In this document: one piece after another, positions 8,679 through 16,650 of the stretch | Position numbering within the stretch: the first letter of the stretch is position 1 | Layout: every line of letters begins with the position of its first letter | From: Chloroflexota bacterium | Lineage (GTDB): Bacteria; Chloroflexota; Anaerolineae; Anaerolineales; VGOW01 | Direction: 5' to 3' | DNA length: 27,222 nucleotides | NCBI GenBank assembly: GCA_016215145.1 | Contig: JACRLA010000334.1 | Location: forward strand, 1-27,222 | The notes under the pieces: model-generated | What the model was told of the DNA's origin: nothing | Databases searched by the model: none | The model's input: the letters and a program-made list of their open reading frames with translations, nothing else | Made by a program: the position numbers and the translations under genes

Positions 8679-10058
8679 ATGGTGCCCCAAAATTCCCCTA
8701 ATGAAAAAGAAACCCGCTTCACGCAATTCAGCCTCGGAATTTTTGGGTTAATCTTATTCTTCGCGAGCTTATCGTTGGGTCGCGCATTGGGTGATTTGGG
8801 ATGGAGTACGCCACGGTTGGTGGGTGCAAGCGTTGGCGTAGTCTTGTTTGCGGCGAGCGTTGTTATTGCTTATCCTAAAGTCTTTACAATGCTTACTCAA
8901 CACAAGACTCTAATCTTTCTAGCGGCGCAAGTGGCGCTGTTTATCTGGAGCGTGATAGGATCTTCTATCGGTTTAGAGATTGGCACACGAATTTTAGTGA
9001 GACTCAACCCTGATAGTGGTGTCCGGACGCGTGAGCAGTTTATGGATCTGCGTCCCGCGCCCTTTGTTGACGCCCCTTATTTTGGCGAAGAGTTTCTTAG
9101 TGAAACGCGATCTGGTAAAGGGGTAGCAATACCATTGGGAACACGCCTTGTGATCCCAAATGATCAACAAGGGAAATATATAAACGTTAGTAATGGTAAA
9201 CGGCGAACAGCGTTCCAGCCTATTGAGGTTAAGAATAAAGTCTATTTGTTCGGCGGTTCGACAATATTCAGTGGCGAGGTACCTGACGAATACACAATTG
9301 CCAGTCGTCTCCAACAGCTGTTAAACACAAAATTCGCTGATCGTTTCACAGTCGAAAACTATGGAAGCACTAGTGTAACTCTTGCTCAGCAATTCGAACG
9401 CTTGCGAACACTTCAACTTGCCCCCGGCGATGTTGTTATTTTCTATGATGGAGTGAATGATGTTACGCAGGCAATTTACTACGGACATCCCGAAGGATGG
9501 ATCATTGGAGAGAATCGTGGACTCTTTGCGGATTTGAATATGTTCCAAAAGGCTCGCCTGAATATTTATAACAGTTTTGGCGGGCGATCAGAGTTTGTCA
9601 ATGTGTTTTTATATCCATATGAGCCACAATTATCCCCACCGCACCTTAAAGATTTTGCGCGTCTCCAGACGTTTCAAACTCAAATGAAGGAAAATTATTA
9701 TGCGGGAATGGTGGAAGCAAATCGTTATGCCGAATCATCGAGCGCGAGTTTTTTTCATTTTCTTCAACCCAACATTTTTACTTTGTCGCATCTATCTGAG
9801 TATGAGAAGAGCCTGTTAAAGAAGAAATTTCTTATTTTCCCTGGGCTTGATAATGCCTTTACTGCTGGCAATCCAATTCTAAAAGAAGCCTCCTCTCGCG
9901 CATTTGGGGAGAGTTTGAAGGCTTATGATTTATCTGAAGTGCTAAATGAGCGAGCAAACGGCGAAGAGTTCTATCTTGATTATGTTCATGTGACTGACAC
10001 AGCGAACCTGCGAATTGCTCAGGCGATCTTCAACAAACTTACAGCGCACCTTAAGTGA
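8679..10058 (+). CDS. Membrane-anchored SGNH/GDSL-fold protein (paralog A)
   Basis: About three N-terminal TM segments. Block I-like FGGST, block III YDGVND, block V LDYVH. Confidence 0.82.
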   Translation: MVPQNSPNEKETRFTQFSLGIFGLILFFASLSLGRALGDLGWSTPRLVGASVGVVLFAASVVIAYPKVFTMLTQHKTLIFLAAQVALFIWSVIGSSIGLEIGTRILVRLNPDSGVRTREQFMDLRPAPFVDAPYFGEEFLSETRSGKGVAIPLGTRLVIPNDQQGKYINVSNGKRRTAFQPIEVKNKVYLFGGSTIFSGEVPDEYTIASRLQQLLNTKFADRFTVENYGSTSVTLAQQFERLRTLQLAPGDVVIFYDGVNDVTQAIYYGHPEGWIIGENRGLFADLNMFQKARLNIYNSFGGRSEFVNVFLYPYEPQLSPPHLKDFARLQTFQTQMKENYYAGMVEANRYAESSSASFFHFLQPNIFTLSHLSEYEKSLLKKKFLIFPGLDNAFTAGNPILKEASSRAFGESLKAYDLSEVLNERANGEEFYLDYVHVTDTANLRIAQAIFNKLTAHLK

Positions 10059-10128
10059 TCTAACCCGCGTTTTGGATTACGGGCAATGCCAAACACTGCA
10101 ATTCTTATGTTGATAGGAGTTCATCTTC

Positions 10129-10359
10129 ATGGAAACCCTCAAGAAAATCTGGGCGGCGTGGAAACGCTTTGGACAATTCATTGGCGATATCGTTGGGCGC
10201 ATTGTCCTTACACTTCTTTACTTCACTATCGTTTTGCCGTTTGGAGTTGGTGTCAGACTTTTCAGCGATCCTCTTAAAATTAAACGCACCCCGACCCCAT
10301 CCTTTTGGCATCCCCGTCAATCAGTCAGTAACACACTAGAGGAAGCGAGGCGGCAGTAA
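10129..10359 (+). CDS. Small SxtJ-like membrane protein
   Basis: 76 aa with the pattern WKRFGQFIG...LTLLYFTIVLPFG...DPL...SFW. AGGAG at 10115-10119. The stop overlaps the carbamoyltransferase ATG. Confidence 0.75.
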   Translation: METLKKIWAAWKRFGQFIGDIVGRIVLTLLYFTIVLPFGVGVRLFSDPLKIKRTPTPSFWHPRQSVSNTLEEARRQ

Positions 10360-12140
10360 TGTATATCCTCGGCATCTCTTGTTACTATCACGATGCGGCA
10401 GCCGCATTACTTAAAGATGGTATGTTGATCGCTGCCGCCGAAGAAGAACGATTCACACGCAAGAAACACGATAGCGGCTTTCCCAATAAGTCAATTGAAT
10501 TTTGTTTGGCGCAGGCGGGCATCAGGGCGAATGACCTCGATTACGCCGTCTTCTACGAAAAACCTTTGCTCAAGTACGAGCGGATTCTAATGACGAACCT
10601 TGCCACTTACCCTACCGGTTGGCGCGTATTCACCGAATCCATGCTTTCTTGGTTCAACGAAAAGCTTTGGATCAAAACCGAGATACTCGATAAACTACAC
10701 CTGCCACCCGAAAAGCTGATGTTCGTCGAGCATCACTTGTCACACGCCGCTAGCGCCTTCTTCTGCTCACCCTATAACGAAGCGGCGATCTTAACCGTGG
10801 ATGGTGTGGGTGAATGGACGACGACCACATTGGGCAAAGCCACGGCGGATTGGAATGGCAAAGGTGAAAACAAGATATCGTTATTCTCCGATATTCGTTT
10901 CCCTCATTCGCTTGGTTTGTTGTACTCTGCTTTCACTGCTTGGCTTGGTTTTGAAGTTAACGATGGTGAATATAAAGTGATGGGCATGGCACCGTTCGGT
11001 GAACCGAAGTACGCCGAAGATGTCTACAAAATGATCGAGGTTGCAACGGATGGCAGTTTCCGTTTGCGAATGGAATACTTCGACTTCCATCATTCCGTCA
11101 ACCGAACCTATAGCGATAAATTTCTTGAAGTGTTTGGCAAGGCGCGCAAGCACGAATCGGAATTTTTTACCGGAAAGACTCACCCTGCTCGCATAGGTGA
11201 AGCAAAAACCAAAGAGAATCAGCGGTACGCGGACATTGCCGCAAGCATTCAATTCGTTACAGAAGAGATATTGTTGAAGATGGCGCGGCATGTGTACCAA
11301 GTAACAGGGTCGAAGAAGTTGTGTATCGCTGGCGGTGTCGGACTCAACAGCGTTGCCAATGGTCGCCTTGTCGCCGAGACTCCGTTTGAAGATGTGTATA
11401 TCCAACCGGCAGCAGGCGACTCGGGTGGCGCTATCGGCGCAGCACTATACGCTTACCATGTTGTGCTTGGTCAACCGCGCAAGTTCGTGATGGAACATGC
11501 TTACTGGGGTCAAAGTTACTCGCCTGACGACATCAAATCTTTCCTGGAGAAAGAAAGTGTTGCCTATGAGCGAATCGAGGACGAAGAAAAATTATTCGAC
11601 CAGGTCGTAGATACCATCACTCAAGGTCGCGTTGTGGGATGGATGCAGGGACGATTCGAATGGGGTCCGCGTGCGCTAGGAAATCGAAGCATCTTAGCTG
11701 ATCCGACTCGCGCCGAGATGAAGGATATTGTCAACACCAAGATCAAATTCCGCGAACCGTTTCGTCCTTTCGCACCCGTAGTCCTTGAAGAGAAAAGCAC
11801 CGAGTACTTTAGACTTGACCGACCCCAAAAGCATTATCCGGCGCGTTACATGCTTTTGGTTGCTGACATTCCCGAAGATAAGCAAGCATCTATTCCGGCA
11901 GTGACTCATGTCAATGGCACCGGGCGTTTGCAAACAATCAAGCGCGAGACGAACCCTTGGTATTATCGCGTCGTCGAAAAATTTGGTGAGCGCTCGGGTG
12001 TGCCAGTTTTGTTGAATACCAGCTTCAATTTGCGCGGTGAGCCGATCGTTAACACACCCGCCAATGCTTTCAGCACCTTCTCGCGTAGCGACATTGATAT
12101 GCTGGTGATGGAAAAGTTTGTCGTTCGCAAGAAAAACTAA
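10359..12140 (+). CDS. O-carbamoyltransferase (NodU/CmcH/TobZ/SxtI family)
   Basis: Contains ILGISCYYHD, EEERFTRKKH, EHHLSHAAS, DGVGE, GEYKVMGMAPFG, GGVGLN, EWGPRALGNRSIL, KFREPFRPFAP and LLNTSFNLRGEPIV. Confidence 0.95.
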   Translation: MYILGISCYYHDAAAALLKDGMLIAAAEEERFTRKKHDSGFPNKSIEFCLAQAGIRANDLDYAVFYEKPLLKYERILMTNLATYPTGWRVFTESMLSWFNEKLWIKTEILDKLHLPPEKLMFVEHHLSHAASAFFCSPYNEAAILTVDGVGEWTTTTLGKATADWNGKGENKISLFSDIRFPHSLGLLYSAFTAWLGFEVNDGEYKVMGMAPFGEPKYAEDVYKMIEVATDGSFRLRMEYFDFHHSVNRTYSDKFLEVFGKARKHESEFFTGKTHPARIGEAKTKENQRYADIAASIQFVTEEILLKMARHVYQVTGSKKLCIAGGVGLNSVANGRLVAETPFEDVYIQPAAGDSGGAIGAALYAYHVVLGQPRKFVMEHAYWGQSYSPDDIKSFLEKESVAYERIEDEEKLFDQVVDTITQGRVVGWMQGRFEWGPRALGNRSILADPTRAEMKDIVNTKIKFREPFRPFAPVVLEEKSTEYFRLDRPQKHYPARYMLLVADIPEDKQASIPAVTHVNGTGRLQTIKRETNPWYYRVVEKFGERSGVPVLLNTSFNLRGEPIVNTPANAFSTFSRSDIDMLVMEKFVVRKKN

Positions 12141-12167
12141 GCAGGACTCATCTTGATAAGGCTATAC

Positions 12168-12173
12168 AAGGAG
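12168..12173 (+). promoter_or_regulatory. Shine-Dalgarno site of the DUF5989-like gene
   Basis: AAGGAG lies 7 nt upstream of ATG 12181. Confidence 0.65.
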
Positions 12174-12180
12174 ATGTACT

Positions 12181-12360
12181 ATGAGAATCATTCGCAACGT
12201 GATCACTAGCGCCGGCGTCATCGGCGAACTGTTTGGCTTTCTATGGCGTAATAAACGATGGTGGCTCATCCCGATGGTTGCTGTGCTGTTGCTCTTTGGT
12301 GTGTTATTGGTCTTCGCCTCCACGAGCGGTTTGGGACCGCTGATCTATACGTTGTTCTGA
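12181..12360 (+). CDS. DUF5989/SxtK-like small membrane protein (59 aa, absent from the ORF track)
   Basis: Manual translation: MRIIRNVITSAGVIGELFGFLWRNKRWWLIPMVAVLLLFGVLLVFASTSGLGPLIYTLF*. It has the K-x-WWLxP and PxIYTLF hallmarks and a good RBS. Confidence 0.88.
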   Translation: MRIIRNVITSAGVIGELFGFLWRNKRWWLIPMVAVLLLFGVLLVFASTSGLGPLIYTLF

Positions 12361-12411
12361 AAACATGTGTTGAATCTGGATTTTGAAAAAACTTCAACAG
12401 CACTCAAATAA

Positions 12412-13806
12412 ATGAATGCCTTCCGATCTTCTTCGACCACTGCTTCCCTCGCTTTTTTACGCATCTCTTTACTTGCCTTTGGCGTTTTGCTGACTCCGTT
12501 TAGTTTGTTGCTAGGCAGATCTTTTGGGGATCTGGGTTGGAGTACGCCACGTCTCATCGGTGCAGGTGTGGGTATGTTATTGATCGCGGCGAGTGTTGTA
12601 GTAAGTCTCCCAAAGGCGGCAGCTTGGGTGGAGATACGGGGACATCTCGTATTCGTGTTGAATCAGATCCTATTGTTTATATGGACATTGCTAATCGCTT
12701 CATTACTATTAGAAGTGGGCGCGCGAGTCCATATACAATTCAATCCTGATGCGCGGATCAAATCCGTTGAACAGTTTCGCGTTTCGCGCCCGTTGCCGTT
12801 CAGAGATGCGCCGTATTATTCCGAAACATTTCTTAAAGAGTGGGGAGTTTTTAGCAGCGGATCCGGGTGGATAACTCAAACCGACACACGGTTAATGATC
12901 CCAATTGACTATCAGGGACAATATATCAACGCGGCGAATGGACGACGACTTACGACGGGGCAACCGCCAACGGCAAAACGCACAGTGTACGTTGTGGGTG
13001 GCTCGACGACTTTTGCTGCTGAAGTTCCAGATCAACACACTATCCCCAGTCAATTACAAGTGTTATTGAATCAAAAATTTGGCGATGTCTATCGTGTGGA
13101 AAATTTGGGGGCGGTGACAGCGACGGTGGCTCAGCAAATAGAGTTGTTGAAAACGATTCGCCTCAAAGAAGGCGATGTCGTGATCTTTTACGATGGCGTG
13201 AATGATATTACCCAATCGTTGATGAATGGCAATCCACGAGGGTGGATTGTGGGTGATAACCGCCGTGTCTTTGCCGACTTGAACTCATTGCAGAAAGCGA
13301 AACTGAATCTCTACAACGTTTTTGGCGGTCAATCTGAATTTGCAAACCTGTTTTTGTATCCGTACGAAATTCAACCTGCGCCTACGCATCTTAACGACAA
13401 AGCCCGAGTTGAACAACTTAAAACCGAATTGGATCGTGTCTACTATGATGGTGTGCTTGAATCTGCGCGGCTAACTCAATCGTCAGGTGCAGAGTTCTAT
13501 CATTTCTTCCAGCCCAATCTGTTCACTTCATCGCCGATGACGGATTACGAAAAGAAGCTGGCGGCGAAAAAATTTATTTTGTATCCGGGAATGCAAGAAT
13601 CTTTCAATATCGGTAATCCGGTATTGCAAATTACGACGAAGCGACTTGCTGCCGATGGCATCAAGTCCTTTGACATCTCAGATGTATTAAATAATCGTCC
13701 TAATGGCGAAGAGTTTTATCTTGATCATTGTCACGTAACGCATATCGCTAATCACTATATTGCCTTAGCGATCTTCGATAAAGTTGCGCCGCAGTTGAGA
13801 CCATAG
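12412..13806 (+). CDS. Membrane-anchored SGNH/GDSL-fold protein (paralog B)
   Basis: N-terminal TM segments, then VGGST, YDGVND and LDHCH. Shares GDLGWSTPRL and NGEEFYLD with 8679..10058. Confidence 0.82.
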   Translation: MNAFRSSSTTASLAFLRISLLAFGVLLTPFSLLLGRSFGDLGWSTPRLIGAGVGMLLIAASVVVSLPKAAAWVEIRGHLVFVLNQILLFIWTLLIASLLLEVGARVHIQFNPDARIKSVEQFRVSRPLPFRDAPYYSETFLKEWGVFSSGSGWITQTDTRLMIPIDYQGQYINAANGRRLTTGQPPTAKRTVYVVGGSTTFAAEVPDQHTIPSQLQVLLNQKFGDVYRVENLGAVTATVAQQIELLKTIRLKEGDVVIFYDGVNDITQSLMNGNPRGWIVGDNRRVFADLNSLQKAKLNLYNVFGGQSEFANLFLYPYEIQPAPTHLNDKARVEQLKTELDRVYYDGVLESARLTQSSGAEFYHFFQPNLFTSSPMTDYEKKLAAKKFILYPGMQESFNIGNPVLQITTKRLAADGIKSFDISDVLNNRPNGEEFYLDHCHVTHIANHYIALAIFDKVAPQLRP

Positions 13807-13811
13807 TCTTC

Positions 13812-15710
13812 ATGCGCCTCCTCCACCTCGCTCTCAAATACGATTACGGCATCCGTGAGCGTGGTCTGAGTTTTGAGCATAACAACTTTTATGATGCCCT
13901 CGTCAACATGGGGCATGACGTTCTCTACTTTGACATAGGCGAACTTCACCAGAAATACGGTTTTGAAAAAATGAATCGCCGCCTTGCCGAAGTGGTGCGC
14001 GCTGAAAAGCCGGACATCCTTTTCTGCGTGCTGTTTCGTTATTTGGATCAGGATACAATGCGTGCCATTTCAAAAGGCGGCGATACGGTGACCCTCAACT
14101 GGTTTTGTGATGATCAATATCGCTTCGAGGAATTCGCGCACCCCTGGTCACCATGTTTCAACTGGGTTGTCACGACATCTCAAACTGCTTTGCCGAAGTA
14201 TCAAGCGATGAACTATCGCAACGTGATCAAGAGCCAGTGGGCGTGTAATCATGCCATGTATCGTAAACTCGATCTCCCGTTGAAATATGATGTGGCGTTT
14301 GTGGGACAACCGAATTTAGAGCGCCGCCGCTTGGTGCGCCAGTTGACAGGTTCAGGGGTTGCCGTCTCCACGTGGGGAGTAGGATGGGAGAACGGACGCG
14401 CTTCACAGAACGACATGATTCGAATATTCAATCAGAGTCGAATCAACTTAAACTTTACTGGCGGCGGTGTGCCGCTTGCTAAACTTCAAGCGCGTACCTT
14501 GTATGGTCGCGTCCGACGATGGATTTCGGTTACGTCGGATCGCGTGCCGTTTGGCAAGCAGGTCAAAGCAGCGTTGAAAGGATCGTCTCAGGTTCAAGAG
14601 GCGGCACCACGACCAGAAGGCGAAGGCTTCGTCAAACAGATCAAAGGGCGTAACTTTGAGATACCCGGCTGCGGCGGTTTTATGTTATCGGGTCGGGCGG
14701 AGAACATTGAAGAATATTACGATGATGACGTGGAAGCCGCCTACTTCAATACTGAAGCAGAATTGGTTGAACGTGCGCGCTATTACCTCGATCACGAAGG
14801 GGAACGGGCACGCATCGCCCAAGCGGGTTACGAGCGCACACTGCGCGAGCATACGTACGCTCATCGTTTCTCAGTGAACGCGATTACCTACAGTTTATCG
14901 GGGCGGCTAGGGAATCATTTGCAGTTGTTTGCTTGCGCGCGGACGTTGTCTCTGCGGCATAAGTGGCGTTTTATTTATCGCCCTATCATCCACGCTGACA
15001 AGTTTAACTTCTCCAATATCTTCTCCCACTCCCTGCAAGATAAACTTGACTTGATTTTAGTTGAGCGCCTGTTGGCGCTTTCGCCTAAAGTGAAAGCGCG
15101 CATTAGCCGTCGGCATCGGTTAATGCAAACTTTGCTGAATCCACTTCGGCATGTGGTTTATCTAGATGATTCGTCGTGGGATACAACGAATGGCATGATG
15201 GGCAACCTTGCGCCTGCTTATCAGCAGATGCGCGAGACATTGTTCGTCATTCGCTTCGACGGAATTTTCCGTAATGTGGGTGAGTATCGTGAGCAATTGT
15301 TAAAAGAGATTCTGCCGTCGTCGGCGTCTATGCTGCCTGACTCAGTTGAAAAGTGTGAGGTAGGGATTCATATTCGACAAGATGATATTCAATATGGATT
15401 GCCAATGCAATACTATCTAAATGCTGTTGGTGAAGCGAAACGCGGGTTGGGAACGTCGATTCGGTTGCACTTGTTTAGCGACGGCAACCATGAATCGTTG
15501 GCAACAGAATTGAGTGGCGGAATCCCCGATGCGAAGGTGATTATCCATAAAGGAGATGTTGTTGAAGATATGATGTCGCTGGCGCGGTATCCGACTTTGA
15601 TCCTCTCGCAATCGTGGTTCTCGTATTGGGCAGCATTCCTTTCTGAAGCAGTGATTTATGCTCCACCCGATTTTTGTTATTACCTACATTGGCATCCTGT
15701 GAAGTTTTGA
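13812..15710 (+). CDS. Fusion of a CgeB-like glycosyltransferase and a C-terminal GT11-like (fucosyltransferase-type) domain
   Basis: N part has WFCDD, SRINLN, KGRNFEIPGCGGF and IAQAGYERTLREHTYAHR. C part, from about codon 355, has GRLGNH, VGIHIRQDD, LFSD and SWFSYWAAFL. Confidence 0.8.
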   Translation: MRLLHLALKYDYGIRERGLSFEHNNFYDALVNMGHDVLYFDIGELHQKYGFEKMNRRLAEVVRAEKPDILFCVLFRYLDQDTMRAISKGGDTVTLNWFCDDQYRFEEFAHPWSPCFNWVVTTSQTALPKYQAMNYRNVIKSQWACNHAMYRKLDLPLKYDVAFVGQPNLERRRLVRQLTGSGVAVSTWGVGWENGRASQNDMIRIFNQSRINLNFTGGGVPLAKLQARTLYGRVRRWISVTSDRVPFGKQVKAALKGSSQVQEAAPRPEGEGFVKQIKGRNFEIPGCGGFMLSGRAENIEEYYDDDVEAAYFNTEAELVERARYYLDHEGERARIAQAGYERTLREHTYAHRFSVNAITYSLSGRLGNHLQLFACARTLSLRHKWRFIYRPIIHADKFNFSNIFSHSLQDKLDLILVERLLALSPKVKARISRRHRLMQTLLNPLRHVVYLDDSSWDTTNGMMGNLAPAYQQMRETLFVIRFDGIFRNVGEYREQLLKEILPSSASMLPDSVEKCEVGIHIRQDDIQYGLPMQYYLNAVGEAKRGLGTSIRLHLFSDGNHESLATELSGGIPDAKVIIHKGDVVEDMMSLARYPTLILSQSWFSYWAAFLSEAVIYAPPDFCYYLHWHPVKF

Positions 15711-15711
15711 A

Positions 15712-16650
15712 ATGATTCGACCTCTGATCACTGTGGTAGTCTGCACCTTTAACCGGGCATCACTTTTGAGAACGTGTTTGCAGTCTTTGGTAGAGCAATC
15801 TGTTGACGTATCGTGTTATGAGGTGGTGGTAGTAAATAACAATTCGACTGATTCGACTCCGCAAGTAGTAAAAGAGTTTTCTGATCAGCGATCTAACTTT
15901 TCGGGTGTCGTTGAGAAGACACAAGGACTTGCTAACGCTCGCAACAGTGGCTGGCGCATCGCGAGCGGTGAATATGTGGCGTATATTGATGATGATTGCA
16001 AAGCACCGCCGGAGTGGATAGCTGTTGCTAAAGAAATCATTGAACAAGTTTCCCCGACAGTGTTTGGTGGACCCAATTTCGCTTTTTACAATACACCGAA
16101 ACCACCATGGTATAAAGATATTTACAGCTCGACGACCTTAGGTGATCATTCACGGGTATTGAGCGCGCGTGAACACTTAATCGGGAACAACATTTTTTTT
16201 CAGCACACAATACTCGACGCATTAGGTGGTTTCAACAGTCAATTAGGTATGATTGGCGACAAGATCGCATATGGCGAAGAGACAGAGATGGTAATGCGTA
16301 TTCGTAGCACAATGAATGACGCGATTACCTACTACGAACCGCGACTTTATGTATATCATTTGGTGCGCCCGGAAAAAATGCGGCTCGATTGGACAGTCTC
16401 TCAAAGTTTTGCTTCGGGTTGGTATTCGGCTAAAGTATTTAAAGTTGAAACTTCACGTTCTTTCACTCTATGGCGTAGTTTGCTGCTTGAGACCATGCTA
16501 CTTATTAAAGACGTCAGTTGGTCTGTTTTGTGGCGAGATCGTACGCGTTACCCTTACTGGCAAAATTTTTTCTACGAGGTGGTATGCCGTCATTTGATTA
16601 AGTTGGGGGAGATCGTTGAACAGCTACAGCGTAAACTGCTCTCGTCATGA
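15712..16650 (+). CDS. Glycosyltransferase family 2
   Basis: Contains TVVVCTFNR, VVNNNSTD, GLANARNSG, YIDDD and YGEETE. Confidence 0.92.
   Translation: MIRPLITVVVCTFNRASLLRTCLQSLVEQSVDVSCYEVVVVNNNSTDSTPQVVKEFSDQRSNFSGVVEKTQGLANARNSGWRIASGEYVAYIDDDCKAPPEWIAVAKEIIEQVSPTVFGGPNFAFYNTPKPPWYKDIYSSTTLGDHSRVLSAREHLIGNNIFFQHTILDALGGFNSQLGMIGDKIAYGEETEMVMRIRSTMNDAITYYEPRLYVYHLVRPEKMRLDWTVSQSFASGWYSAKVFKVETSRSFTLWRSLLLETMLLIKDVSWSVLWRDRTRYPYWQNFFYEVVCRHLIKLGEIVEQLQRKLLSS

Noticed and set aside
10059-10128. Internal promoter or terminator before the SxtJ-like gene
   Set aside because: There is only a weak TATGTT and a short CCCG/CGGG stem, with no convincing -35 spacing or U tract.
8679-13806. Saxitoxin biosynthesis
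   Set aside because: Only sxtI/J/K/L-like genes are present. There is no sxtA-type PKS, amidinotransferase or other core gene in the window, and the context is entirely glycan synthesis.
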